Below are positions 1-10,549 of a stretch of 64,000 nt of DNA, one piece after another. The notes under the pieces were generated by a model. The model saw only the letters and a list, made by a program, of their open reading frames with translations. It was not told the origin of the DNA and searched no databases. Location of the stretch: the NCBI GenBank assembly GCA_963755915.1, contig CAVWLP010000002.1:4640001-4704000 (forward strand). The letters run 5' to 3'. This DNA is from an uncultured Phycisphaerales bacterium. GTDB taxonomy: Bacteria > Planctomycetota > Phycisphaerae > Tepidisphaerales > Tepidisphaeraceae. Numbering within the stretch: position 1 is the stretch's first letter; every line of letters starts with the position of its first letter. Position numbers and translations under genes: made by a program.

Positions 1-321
1 AATCGACCCGTTGACGACCGCCGTGACCATGCCGAAAGTGGAGACCATATCGCACGCGGCCCAGAAGAGAATTGTGGTCGTGAAGTAGACCTTCGCGGGC
101 ACCCGCCCATTGATCTCCGTCCGGCGGAATAGCTTGGCACGCATCCCGAACGTCATCGGCACCGTCAGCGCCAGAATAGCGATGTTCATCCAGATGAGTT
201 GGGGGTTAGGGGTTACGCCGCGGCGATGCGGTATGGCAACCGAGTCGATGACGGCGATGCCCACGATCTGACTCATGATCAGGGCCAGCCAGATGAAGCG
301 TAGGGTCCAGATTTGTCGCAT
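1..321 (-). CDS. Hypothetical membrane protein, runs off the window edge
   Basis: Own translation from ATG at 321: MRQIWTLRFIWLALIMSQIVGIAVIDS..., with several hydrophobic segments; co-oriented with the upstream genes. Confidence 0.6.
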   Translation of the reverse strand, partial: MRQIWTLRFIWLALIMSQIVGIAVIDSVAIPHRRGVTPNPQLIWMNIAILALTVPMTFGMRAKLFRRTEINGRVPAKVYFTTTILFWAACDMVSTFGMVTAVVNGSI

Positions 322-344
322 TGAGGCACTATTCTCGGTGGGGA

Positions 345-897
345 TCACCCGTTGTCCATCTTGATCACGCCCCGCTGCCGCTTTACGGCAATCACACGCT
401 GCTTCAGCATCTCAAAAAGGGGACGCGGTTTGGGAATGCCCAGCAACTGGAGCTGCGGCATGGTTTCATCGTGGGCGACGATGGTGATCGTCCCGACGTC
501 CATAATGCGGGCGAGCAACGACTGGTGGAAACGGAGATCTTCAACGTGCCAAAGCTCCATGGTATCGATGTTTTTAGCCAGCAGGCCGCGCTCGAAGTCG
601 ATGCGATAGTTGGTGATGCGGTACCGGACCCGCTTGGTCATGATCCAGGGGATCAGCGGCATGCCCAGGCCGGTGAGGATCACGATGGCACCGATCCACC
701 AGGGCTGGAACTTGATAAAAAAAATAAGCCATCCCCCCAGGGCAAGCAGCGCGGCCGCGATGAGCAGAAAAAGCGTCAGTTTCGCCGCATAAGCGCAAAG
801 GCGGCGAGCCTTCAAAATAGATTTCCTCCTTGTCATCGGGGATGGCGTGGGGTTCGCCGGGCGCGGCTGGAAGTGGATCGGGAGTGGGATGACTCAT
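345..897 (-). CDS. Bacterial PH-domain (bPH_2/YdbT-like) membrane protein; frameshift near 795
   Basis: N-terminus in ORF 574..897 (EEIYFEGSP) joins ORF 345..836: two TM helices then RYRITNYRIDFERGLL...DLRFHQSLLARIMDVGTITI. Confidence 0.75.
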
Positions 898-1307
898 GAC
901 TCTTCCTCAGAGAGGGTTTCGATTCGCTTCCACATTTTTTCAGGCACGGGAACGACGCTGAGCCGCCCGATGCGCAGGAAAACCCAGTCGGTGAAAGTAG
1001 GATCAGCCTTGATGGCCGAGAGGGTGACCTCGTGGGCCAGTCGGCGCTTGGGACGCAGGTCGACGACCACGCGGCGCTCGTCTTCCAGCTTGGGGTCTTG
1101 ATACGGGTCGGAGGTGATTTCCGCGACGCCGACGGCGGCGCGCTGGTCGCCCGTGTGATAGATAAACGCCAGATCCCCCTTTTTCATCGCACGGAGGTGT
1201 TTGAGGGCCAGCGCGTTGGAGATCCCGTCCCAGACGGTTTTCTTGTCCCGGATGAGATTATCACAGGAGTAGCTGTCGGGTTCGGTTTTGAGCAGCCAAA
1301 AAGCCAT
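894..1307 (-). CDS. EVE domain protein
   Basis: MAFWLLKTEPDSYS...WDGISNALALKHLRAMKKGDLAFIYHTG...RLSVVPV is the EVE (PUA-like) signature; ATG at 1307. Confidence 0.92.
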   Translation of the reverse strand: MAFWLLKTEPDSYSCDNLIRDKKTVWDGISNALALKHLRAMKKGDLAFIYHTGDQRAAVGVAEITSDPYQDPKLEDERRVVVDLRPKRRLAHEVTLSAIKADPTFTDWVFLRIGRLSVVPVPEKMWKRIETLSEEES

Positions 1308-1318
1308 GCTTTTCCGTA

Positions 1319-1708
1319 TCAGGTGAGGTTTGACGGCGGCCTGGTGACGGAAGGGATGGAAGCGGTGCCGTCGATGACCTGGCGCTGATACGCCTGGCGG
1401 ATTTTTTGCAGGAGGTCGATGAACTCCACCTGTGCCAGGTTGAAGTTTTTGATCTTGATGTGCGAGACGATCTTTGCCTGCAGGTTTTCGAGCTGGAGGC
1501 GCTGGGCATCGGTGACCGGCCTCCCCTGCTGCTCCTGCCGGCCGAGGTTTTCGAGCTGGCGCTCGAATTCCGCCAAGAGGCGGCCTGCTTCGGCATCCTC
1601 GCTGATGGCTTTCTGGGCGGATTTGTAGCGCTCCACCGTGGGGTGCTGCTTGAGGAGTTCGCCGAGCTTTTCGGCGGCATCCATAATTTGCTTGGTATCG
1701 ACGGGCAA
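1319..1708 (-). CDS. YlbF/YmcA-family helical regulator
   Basis: AAEKLGELLKQHPTVERYKSAQKAISEDAEAGRLLAEF pattern; TTG start at 1708 preceded by AGGAG. Confidence 0.75.
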   Translation of the reverse strand: MPVDTKQIMDAAEKLGELLKQHPTVERYKSAQKAISEDAEAGRLLAEFERQLENLGRQEQQGRPVTDAQRLQLENLQAKIVSHIKIKNFNLAQVEFIDLLQKIRQAYQRQVIDGTASIPSVTRPPSNLT

Positions 1709-1774
1709 TGGTGCTCCTGTTGAACCACCCACTATAATCGACGGAACCGCCATTTGTCATGGGCGAGAATTGCC

Positions 1775-2808
1775 ATGGGCAGATATGACCGCCAGGAAGT
1801 TCTGGACCTGATCGGGGCTCGGGGGCAATTGCGCCTCAAGGAATCGCGCGTTCTGATCGTTGGCTGTGGAGCGCTCGGATCGGTCTCAGCGGAATATCTG
1901 TGCGGGCGGGGGTCGGTTTTCTGCGGATCGTGGACCGGGATCTGGTGGAGCTGACCAATCTTCAGAGACAGACCCTATTTGATGAGAAAGATGCGGTCGA
2001 GCAGATCCCAAAAGCGGCGGCCGCCGCGCGGCGACTGGGGCAAATCAATCGCGAGATCAAGATCGAGCCGATCGTGGCCGACGCGAATGCCGCAAATGTC
2101 GAGGGCTGGGCAGATGTCGATGTCATCGTCGATGGAACGGACAATGTGGCGACAAGATATTTGCTGAACGACGTCGCAGTGAAGCACAAGATTCCTTGGG
2201 TTTATGGCGGATGCGTGGGGGTGGAGGGCAGGGTATGGGGAATTTGGCCAGGAAAGACGGCTTGTTTGCAGTGTCTGTTTCCACAGCCACCGAGCTCGGC
2301 GGAGATGGCAACGTGCGACACGGCCGGAGTGCTCGGTCCCGCGGCGGGGATTGTCGGGGCGATGCAGGCGGCGATTGCCATTCGGTTCCTGGTGGAAGGT
2401 TCCCCCGGCGAAGGCAATGAAAGTGGGATGATTTGTCTCGACGCATGGACGGCCAGTTTTCGGCGGATGGAGTCGGCGGCGAAGCCGAGAGAGGATTGTT
2501 TGTGCTGTGGAGCTGGAAATTTTCGATTCCTCTCGACGAAAGCCGAGGATTTCACTACAAACCTGTGCGGAAGGTGCGCCGTGCAGGTGGTTCGGTATGA
2601 GCCGGGACAAGCGATCGATCTTCCGGCGACGGCGCGGCGATGGGAGAAGATTGGAACGGTGGGAGAGTCAGCGTGGTTTGTGAAATGCCGGTTGCATGAG
2701 CCGGCTGGAATTGATCTGACGCTATTTGCCGATGGGCGGCTGATCGTCCATGGGACAAACGAGCCGATGCGAGCGAAGTCGCTTTATGCAAGATTTGTTG
2801 GAAGCTAG
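1775..2808 (+). CDS. ThiF/MoeB-family adenylyltransferase (E1-like), no fused rhodanese; frameshift near 1900
   Basis: RYDRQ, GCGALGS nucleotide loop, DRDLVELTNLQRQ, DGTDN, CLQC and CLCC Zn motifs, TCDTAG cysteine. Confidence 0.9.
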
Positions 2809-2863
2809 AGTTACGATCGACGTTTGATATTTTCCTACTTTCCCCTAGTATTTGTAGGAGTTT

Positions 2864-3826
2864 ATGCCTTTGGCGTCGGTTCAATCCGGAAAGCAGGGTC
2901 GATCGATTCTGGAATTGATCGGTAACACGCCTATGGTTCGCTTCCAGCGGATTGGCAAGGAGTTCCCCGAGGTCGAGCTGCTGGCGAAGGCGGAGTGGTT
3001 TAACCCCGGGGGATCGGTGAAGGATCGGGCGGCGCTGGGGATGGTCCTGGACGGAGAACGGCGCGGACTGATGACGAAAGAAAAGATTCTGATCGACGCG
3101 ACCAGCGGGAACACGGGGATCGCCTATGCAATGATCGCCGCCGAGCGCGGTTATCGGGTAACGCTGGCGATGCCGAAGAACGCCAGCGAGGAGCGCAAAC
3201 AGACCCTCCTGGCGTATGGCGCGGAGCTGATTCTGACCGACCCCACGGAGAGCACCGATGGGGCCCAGCGCTATGTGCGAAAGTTAGTGGCGGCCGAGCC
3301 GGGAAAATATTTCTATCCGGACCAGTACAACAACGACGCCAACTGGCGGGCGCATTACGACACAACCGCGATGGAAATCTGGCGGCAGACCGATGGGCGC
3401 ATCACGCATTTTGTGACCGGACTCGGAACCAGCGGAACATTTGTCGGAGTGACCCGGCGGCTCAAGGAATTGAACCCGGCGATCCAGTGCATCAGCATGC
3501 AGCCGGACGCGCCGCTGCACGGACTAGAGGGTTTGAAGCACATGCCGACCGCGCTGGTCCCTGGGATTTACGATGAATCGCTGGCGGACCAGCAAATCGA
3601 GGTGGATACCGAACGGGCGCACGAAATGGTCCTTCGATTGGCGCGGGAGGAGGGTTTTCTTGTCGGCGTATCATCCGGGGCAAATCTTTGCGCGGCGATG
3701 CAGGTCGCGAGCCAGATCGCGACGCAGGAAAAACCGGGCGTGGTCGTGACTGTTTTCTGCGACTCGGCGGCAAAGTATCTTTCGGAGAGTTTCTGGAAAG
3801 ATGTCAAGACCGAAGCGGAGAACTGA
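2864..3826 (+). CDS. cysM: PLP-dependent cysteine synthase (CysM-like)
   Basis: NPGGSVKDR (PLP Lys), TSGNTG, GLGTSGT, LEGLKHM; adjacent to a Mec/JAMM gene. Confidence 0.85.
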   Translation: MPLASVQSGKQGRSILELIGNTPMVRFQRIGKEFPEVELLAKAEWFNPGGSVKDRAALGMVLDGERRGLMTKEKILIDATSGNTGIAYAMIAAERGYRVTLAMPKNASEERKQTLLAYGAELILTDPTESTDGAQRYVRKLVAAEPGKYFYPDQYNNDANWRAHYDTTAMEIWRQTDGRITHFVTGLGTSGTFVGVTRRLKELNPAIQCISMQPDAPLHGLEGLKHMPTALVPGIYDESLADQQIEVDTERAHEMVLRLAREEGFLVGVSSGANLCAAMQVASQIATQEKPGVVVTVFCDSAAKYLSESFWKDVKTEAEN

Positions 3827-3828
3827 CC

Positions 3829-4267
3829 ATGACCCTGATCCTGAGCAAAGCACAGATCGCGCTGATCGAGCGGGAGGGCGTGGAGGCATATCCGAACGAA
3901 TGCTGCGGCGCGCTCCTGGGGAAGGACATATCCGGATCGAGCGCACGGCGAGTGGTTTCGGAAGTCAGGCCGCTCAGGAATTCCTTTGAAAGCGGCGAGC
4001 AGTTTCACCGGTTTTCCCTGGATGCGCGACCTGATGGAGCTGGAAAAGACGGCGACGCTGGCGGGGCTGGTGGTGCTGGGATTTTATCATAGCCATCCGG
4101 ATCATCCGGCAAAGCCGAGCAAGACGGATTTGAAAAGCGCGTGGCCTTTTTACAGTTACGTAATCGTGTCGATCGCCAAAGGAAAGCCGGAGGAGCTGAC
4201 GAGCTGGCAACTGGACGAGGCCACCGAAGAATTCAAACCGGAAACGATCGAGAGGAGCGCGACATGA
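3829..4267 (+). CDS. Mov34/MPN/JAMM metallopeptidase (Mec-like); frameshift near 4025
   Basis: AYPNECCGALLG in one frame, GFYHSHPDHPAKPSKTD (JAMM HxH...D) in the next. Confidence 0.88.
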
Positions 4268-5145
4268 GCGATGATTATAAACATCCCGAAATGCTCGTGA
4301 GCACAGCGTGGGTGGCGGAACACGCGGGCGACGCGAACGTGAAAGTCGTGGAAGTGGACGTTGATACGGGCGCCTATGAGAAGGGGCACATCCGCAATGC
4401 CATCGGCTGGAACTGGCAAACGGATTTGAACGACCGCGTGCGGCGGGACGTGATCGACCCACGCAGTTTCGCCGAATTGAACCGCGCGGCGGGCGTGCGG
4501 CCCGAGGATACGCTGATTTTTTACGGCGATAACAACAACTGGTTCGCCGCGTGGGCGCTGTGGCAGTTTAAATATCACGGACACAAAGATGCGCGGCTGA
4601 TGAACGGCGGGAGAAAGAAGTGGGAACTGGAAAAGCGCGAGCTGGTGACCGATCGGACCTCATTCCCCCGCAGCAACTATCCCGTTCCCACAACCGATGA
4701 ATCCATCCGCGCGTATCGCGCAGAAGTTGATTCGACGCTGAACAAGAAGCAGGTAAACCTCGTGGACGTACGATCTCCCGATGAGTTTTCCGGAAAGATC
4801 ATCGCGCCGCCGGGGATGACAGAGACGGCGCAGCGCGGCGGACATATTCCCGGAGCCAAGAGCGTTCCCTGGGCAAAAGCCGTGAACGAGGACGGGAGCT
4901 TTAAGAACTCGGGAGATTTGAAAAAGCTTTATACCGATGCCGGGGTCAATTTTTCGAAGCCGACCATCACGTATTGCCGGATTGGAGAGCGGTCGAGCCA
5001 TACGTGGTTTGTGCTGAAGTACCTGCTTGGAGTTGATAACGTGAAGAACTACGATGGGAGCTGGACGGAATGGGGCAATTTGATTGGGGCTCCGATCGAA
5101 ACCGGTGAGGCGGCGACGGCGCTTCCCAATGTGAAGTGCGAATGA
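4264..5145 (+). CDS. Tandem-domain rhodanese / thiosulfate sulfurtransferase
   Basis: [16 protein letters not shown], active loop [18 protein letters not shown]. Confidence 0.93.
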   Translation: MSDDYKHPEMLVSTAWVAEHAGDANVKVVEVDVDTGAYEKGHIRNAIGWNWQTDLNDRVRRDVIDPRSFAELNRAAGVRPEDTLIFYGDNNNWFAAWALWQFKYHGHKDARLMNGGRKKWELEKRELVTDRTSFPRSNYPVPTTDESIRAYRAEVDSTLNKKQVNLVDVRSPDEFSGKIIAPPGMTETAQRGGHIPGAKSVPWAKAVNEDGSFKNSGDLKKLYTDAGVNFSKPTITYCRIGERSSHTWFVLKYLLGVDNVKNYDGSWTEWGNLIGAPIETGEAATALPNVKCE

Positions 5146-5155
5146 TGAGGAAATT

Positions 5156-6115
5156 ATGGCACTGAAACCACAAGGACGGATTTTCAACGATATCACCGAA
5201 ACCATAGGCGGAACGCCGCTCGTCCGCCTCAATCGGTTGATACCTAAGGATCAGGCGACCGTATTGGTCAAATGCGAGTTCTTCAATCCGCTGTCCAGCG
5301 TCAAAGACCGTATCGGCGTCGCGATGATCGACGCGGCGGAGAAGGCAGGGAAGGTTAACAAGGATACGGTGATTGTTGAGCCGACCAGCGGGAATACCGG
5401 GATTGCGCTGGCGTTTGTTTGTGCCGTGCGCGGGTACAAGTTGATTTTGACGATGCCGCAGAGCATGAGCATCGAACGGCGGCGGCTGCTGAAGGCGCTG
5501 GGGGCGCAGGTGGAGTTGACGCCGGCGGAAGACGGGATGCGCGGGGCGATTGACCGGGCGGAAACGATCTTGAAGGAGAACAAGAACAGCTTCATGCCGC
5601 AGCAGTTCAATAATGAGGCGAACCCGGAGATTCACCGCAAGACGACCGCGGAGGAGATCTGGCAGGACACCGAGGGGAAGGTGGATATTCTCGTTGCCGG
5701 CGTGGGGACGGGCGGGACGATTACCGGGGTTTCGGAAGTGATCAAGCCGCGCAAGCCCAGCTTCAAGGCGATCGCGGTGGAACCGGTTTCCAGCCCGGTG
5801 ATTACGCAGACTTTGAATCATCAGACGGTGAAGCCCGGCCGGCACAAGATCCAGGGGATCGGGGCGGGGTTTGTCCCGAATAATTTGCATACCAATATTG
5901 TGGATGAAGTGATTCAGATCACGGATGACGAGGCGTTCGCCTGGGCGCGAAGGCTCGCGAAAGAGGAAGGGATTTTCGGGGGGATCAGTTCGGGGGGAAA
6001 CGTAGCGGCGGCGGCAAAGGTGGCGGCGCGGCCTGAAAATAAGGGGAAATTGATCGTCACCATCATGTGCAGTTTCGGCGAGCGATACCTCAGCACGCCC
6101 CTATTTGAGGAATGA
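5156..6115 (+). CDS. cysK: Cysteine synthase A
   Basis: [46 protein letters not shown]. Confidence 0.95.
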   Translation: MALKPQGRIFNDITETIGGTPLVRLNRLIPKDQATVLVKCEFFNPLSSVKDRIGVAMIDAAEKAGKVNKDTVIVEPTSGNTGIALAFVCAVRGYKLILTMPQSMSIERRRLLKALGAQVELTPAEDGMRGAIDRAETILKENKNSFMPQQFNNEANPEIHRKTTAEEIWQDTEGKVDILVAGVGTGGTITGVSEVIKPRKPSFKAIAVEPVSSPVITQTLNHQTVKPGRHKIQGIGAGFVPNNLHTNIVDEVIQITDDEAFAWARRLAKEEGIFGGISSGGNVAAAAKVAARPENKGKLIVTIMCSFGERYLSTPLFEE

Positions 6116-6116
6116 A

Positions 6117-6728
6117 ATGGCTGAACAGAAAGCGACGAACGTAACGTGGCACGAAGGGTCCGTTAGCCGGGATGAGCGGCAGAAGCTCCTGAACCAGAAA
6201 GGCGTGACGATCTGGATGACCGGGCTCTCCGCCTCGGGCAAGAGCACAATCGCGTGCATCCTCGAGCAGATGCTGCTGCATAAAAAGAAGCACGCGTATC
6301 GGCTCGATGGCGACAACATCCGCATGGGATTGAACAAGAACCTCGGATTCTCGGCGGAGGACCGGGCGGAGAATATTCGTCGCATCGGCGAAGTGGCGAA
6401 GCTGTTTACGGATGCGGGGGCGATCGCGATCACCAGCTTCATTAGCCCGTACCGGAAGGATCGAGATGCGGTGCGCGCGAGCCTGAAGCCGGGGGAGTTT
6501 ATCGAGGTCTATGTGCATGTTTCGCTTGCGGAGGCGGAAAAGCGCGATCCAAAGGGATTGTATAAGAAGGCGCGGGCGGGGCAGATCAAGGGATTTACCG
6601 GGATTGATGATCCGTATGAGGCGCCGGAGAAGGCGGAGATCGTGATTGAGACCGAGAAGCATAAGCCCGGGGATGCCGCGAAACTGATCCTGGGATACCT
6701 GGAAGAGCGGGGGCATTTGAGCGCATGA
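6117..6728 (+). CDS. cysC: Adenylyl-sulfate kinase
   Basis: [13 protein letters not shown]-loop, [31 protein letters not shown]. Confidence 0.96.
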   Translation: MAEQKATNVTWHEGSVSRDERQKLLNQKGVTIWMTGLSASGKSTIACILEQMLLHKKKHAYRLDGDNIRMGLNKNLGFSAEDRAENIRRIGEVAKLFTDAGAIAITSFISPYRKDRDAVRASLKPGEFIEVYVHVSLAEAEKRDPKGLYKKARAGQIKGFTGIDDPYEAPEKAEIVIETEKHKPGDAAKLILGYLEERGHLSA

Positions 6729-6822
6729 CTGAGCCGCGGAGATGGATTGATGAGTTGTCGTTATCGCATTTCGGTTCGTGCGCTGCTGTGAAGCAATTTC
6801 CCCGGAAACCGTTCGGAAAGAT

Positions 6823-7697
6823 ATGAGTAAGCAGTTCGTAGATCTTCACTGCCATTCAACGGCGTCGGACGGAACGCTGCCCCCTGCGCAGGTGATGCGC
6901 CTCGCGGTGGAGCGGGGCCTTTCGGCCCTGGCGCTGACCGACCACGACACCGTGGCGGGAATCGAAGAAGCCACAACGGAGGCCCGGAAGCTGGGGATCG
7001 ATTTTATTTCCGGGATCGAAATCAGCGCCGAGTATCCCCATCCGGGCACGATGCATCTGCTTGGCTATGGGGTCGATCCGGCCCGCCCGCGCTGCGCGAT
7101 CTCACCAAGACACTGCTCGAGGGGCGAGACAACCGCAATCCCAAGATCATCGCCAAGCTGCAGGAGCTGGGCGTAGATATTGCGATGGAGGAACTGACTG
7201 CCGAGGCGGGCGGGAAGGTGCTGGGCCGGCCCCATATCGCGGCGATTCTGCATCGGAAGGGATACGTCTCTTCGATCAAGCAGGCGTTCGATAAATATCT
7301 TGCCCCTGGCGGACTGGCATATTTCGATAAGGAGCGGCTGACCCCCAAGCAGGCGGTGGGCATGATTTTGGAATCCGGGGGAATTCCGGTTTTGGCGCAT
7401 CCCATTCAACTGCGCTATCAGAACGACGCCCAGCTTGAGCGGATCGTAAAAGACCTCATCGACCTGGGGCTGCGGGGAATCGAGGTTTTGCACAGCGATC
7501 ACGATGCGGCAATGGTGGAAAAATATTCGGCGCTGGCCCAGCGCTATGGCCTGCTCAAGACAGGCGGAAGCGATTTTCACGGCACGAACAAGGCGGCGAT
7601 TGATCTGGGAAATGCCAATGGACGCAAGATTCCGCGGGAATTTTTTGATGCGCTAGTCCAGGCGAAGCAGCCGCAGGCGGTGGCGAATGCAAAGTGA
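6823..7697 (+). CDS. PHP-domain phosphoesterase (TrpH/YciV-like); frameshift near 7085
   Basis: DLHCHSTASDG, LTDHDT, GIEIS, GRPHIA, VLAHP, TGGSDFHG. Confidence 0.9.
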
Positions 7698-8432
7698 GAC
7701 GATCGCCCAACTCGACCTGCCGGCCGTGAACCAGATGATGGCGGGGAGCAATGCCGCGCACATCATTGAATGGACGGCGGCGCAGTTTGGGGATGACGTG
7801 GTAATGTCGTCGTCCTTTGGGGCCGATTCGGTCGTGCTGCTGGACATGGTGCGGCGGGTGAAGCCGGGGATCAAAATTGTTTTCGTGAATACCGGATTTC
7901 TGTTTCCGGAAACACATGCCTATATGGAGCAGCTTCGGCATAAGCTGAATCTGAACGTCTGGATATATCGCACGCGGAACGATCCGCTGACCTACTTGCG
8001 GACGGCAGGCGAGGAGAATCCGAGCTGGCGGAAAGATATTGATGCCTGCTGCGCGGCCAACAAGAATGAGCCGTTTGAAAGAGCGATGAAGGAGCTCTCG
8101 CCAAAAGCGTGGCTGCGCGGAATTCGTCGGGACCAGGCGAAGACGCGCCGGGCACGCAGTATGTCGAGTGGTCGCAGCGGTATCAGTGCTACGCGGTTTC
8201 GCCGCTGCTGAACTGGACGTCGCGAGATTTCCATGAGTATGTGAAGAAGCACGATCTCCCGCGGCATCCGCTCTGGGAGAAGGGGTACGTGTCGATCGGC
8301 TGCAATCCGCTAAGCTGCACGCGTCCCGTCGGCGAGGGCGAGGACCCCCGCTCCGGGAGATGGGCCGGGCAGGATAAGATCGAGTGCGGGATCAATGTAG
8401 ACCGGAATTCGCTCGATTCGGCGAATCTTTGA
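7687..8432 (+). CDS. cysH: APS/PAPS reductase; frameshift near 8155
   Basis: SSSFG, NTGFLFPET, ACC, GIRRDQ, then PLLNWT, GYVSIGC...CT, RSGRW, KIECG. Confidence 0.9.
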
Positions 8433-8458
8433 AAATTTCTGGGTCGCATGATGTATTT

Positions 8459-8492
8459 CTTGGCGCGGTTCGACTGAGCTCACCGCGCCAAG
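8459..8492. terminator. 11-bp inverted repeat hairpin after cysH (terminator or REP-like)
   Basis: cttggcgcggt (8459-8469) / accgcgccaag (8482-8492); no clear U-tract on +. Confidence 0.5.
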
Positions 8493-8554
8493 GAAGAAAG
8501 AGGCAAGGTAAGCGATGGCCTTGTGGGTGTTGCGGTCAGGTCGGGGAGATAGTT

Positions 8555-9278
8555 ATGAAATCCAAAATGATGACATTGAATGCGCGGTGGTTGGTGCTGG
8601 CGCTTTTGCTGCCGATGGGGTGCAGCGCGACGATTGAGAAGCAAGGGACGGGCGATGTGGTGGGGTCTTCGGCAACGACGCAGCCGGAGGGTTTGGGGGT
8701 TCCTGGCGCCGAAGCCAAGCTTGGTGGGACCGAGACAATCGTGTTTTTGCGCCACGGGGAGAAGCCGCGTCATGGGCTGGGGCAAATCACGCCGCAAGGG
8801 CTTAACCGGGCGATTGCTTTGAGCACGGTGCTTCCGGAAAAGTTTGGCAAGCCGGATTTTATTTTCGCCGGACCCGTCGCAGAAAGTCGAGCATGAGGAT
8901 GGCTCACAGTTTTATGTCAGGCCATTGGCGACCATCGAGCCGACGGCGATAGCGCTGGGAATGCCGGTGCAAACGCCGTTTGGGTATCGCCAGATCGATC
9001 AGCTTGACGAGGAGCTGACGAAGCCGAAGTATGCGAATGCGATTATTTTCGTGGCCTGGGAACACGGGCGTGAGGCGGAAGCGGCGGCGAACCTCGTCGA
9101 GATGTTCGGCGGGAACAGGTCGGATGTGCCGCCCTGGGCTGGGGATGATTATGACAGCTTGTATGTGGTGAGGATCACGCGGCCGATCGATAAGCCCCCC
9201 ACCGTGACATTCACGCACGAGCATGAAGGGCTGGATGGCGAAAGCAAAGAGATGCCGGTCCCTGCCGGGCGAAACTGA
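8555..9278 (+). CDS. Histidine-phosphatase-superfamily lipoprotein; frameshift near 8870
   Basis: Lipobox-like LPMGC, FLRHGEKP (RHG motif), RPLATIEP, VAWEH. Confidence 0.75.
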
Positions 9279-9389
9279 GCCCGGGTTCTGCAATAGAATC
9301 CTGCCTGGTGATTGTTAGACGTTCGATCCTCCGCTTCCAGTCTGCGGCGCCTAATCCATGCGCGCCATTTGTAAGACGTTGTCAATGTT

Positions 9390-10277
9390 TCACTTCACCT
9401 TGATCAACCCGAAAATCGATTCCGCCTGTTTCGCGGCAAACGCCGCAAATTCCAGGGGCGAGGCCAGCGCGATTTGCAGATTGCCGGAATTGGGATCGCT
9501 CGGCAACCCGCATTGCGCCAGCACGCGGTTCGCCGCCTGAACCTGGTGAAACTGGGCTTTGACCATTTCCCTGCCGATCATCGCCGCCTGGAGAAATTCT
9601 CCGAGCCGGGCAAACAGGGCGCGGTATGACTCGGGTTTTTCCTGGGCCGCCTTCAGAAAGGCGGCAAACTCTGATCCCGCGGCCGGCCCCACCTGGATCA
9701 CGGCAAGGCCGGATGCGTGCGAAAACTCGAAGCATCGATATTGGCCGCCGAGCTTTTCCACCAGCCGGTAGACCCCAAAGCCTTCCGAGCGATCCGCCGA
9801 ATCGTGCAGCAGCACGACGCCGCGCTGCGACATCTTCGGCAAATAGGATTCGAAATCATGCCGCACGGCTTCGTAGTCGTGCGCTCCGTCGATATGAAGC
9901 AAATCGATGGATTGATCCTCGAAACTCCGGCGTGCCGAGTCGAAATCCGCCTGCATCAGCTCCGAAAAGCTCGAAAACCGCGCATCATGAAACGCCCGAA
10001 ACTCCGTCAAAACCTGCGGCCCCAGCCTGCCGACATGCGCATCCCCGGCCCACGTATCCACCGCGGTGCAGCGCGTCTGAAGCCCCAGGATCTGAACGGC
10101 GTGGCAAAACGCGGAATATGAAACCCCCGAATGCGTCCCCAGTTCCACGAACCTGGGCGGCCTAAGCAGTTCCATCGCCAGGTAGGCAAACGGAACATGC
10201 CGAATCCAGGCCGAATCCGCGGTCAGCCGCTCCGGCAGCGTGTAAATGATCGAATAATCGAGCGGATCGAATGCCAT
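9390..10277 (-). CDS. Class I SAM-dependent methyltransferase (Methyltransf_24-like)
   Basis: VELGTHSGVS, AVDTWAGD, IDLLHIDGAHDYEAV, VLLHD. Confidence 0.85.
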   Translation of the reverse strand: MAFDPLDYSIIYTLPERLTADSAWIRHVPFAYLAMELLRPPRFVELGTHSGVSYSAFCHAVQILGLQTRCTAVDTWAGDAHVGRLGPQVLTEFRAFHDARFSSFSELMQADFDSARRSFEDQSIDLLHIDGAHDYEAVRHDFESYLPKMSQRGVVLLHDSADRSEGFGVYRLVEKLGGQYRCFEFSHASGLAVIQVGPAAGSEFAAFLKAAQEKPESYRALFARLGEFLQAAMIGREMVKAQFHQVQAANRVLAQCGLPSDPNSGNLQIALASPLEFAAFAAKQAESIFGLIKVK

Positions 10278-10350
10278 TGTGGCCGCCGCAGTTCGGCCAG
10301 CCAGTATATGCGCCCCCGTTTGTTAACGCGAAAGCGCAAGACTCCGCCCT

Positions 10351-10472
10351 GGAACAAAAGCAGGGCGATCGCATGCTCTCTCTTACCCCCTCGCCCGGTA
10401 CTCCGGGAGAGGGTTGGGGTGAGGGCAGTGAAAGAATTTCGGGCCATATGCGATCGCCCGGGAACAAAAGCA
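10351..10472. mobile_element. MITE-like miniature element: direct repeats flanking terminal inverted repeats around a REP-like palindrome
   Basis: ggaacaaaagca at 10351-10362 and 10461-10472; gggcgatcgcat (10363-10374) / atgcgatcgccc (10448-10459); core ccctcgcccggtactccgggagaggg...gtgagggc. Confidence 0.6.
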
Positions 10473-10473
10473 A

Positions 10474-10502
10474 GACATCACTGATCGCCGATCAGTGATG
10501 TC
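10474..10502 (-). terminator. Probable intrinsic terminator of the upstream CTERM gene
   Basis: Perfect 14-bp inverted repeat gacatcactgatcg-c-cgatcagtgatgtc, followed on the minus strand by ttgcttttgtt. Confidence 0.65.
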
Positions 10503-10549
10503 CCATATGCCTTTCAATTTTCGCCGCAACCCGCCAGGGGTCTGGCGGC

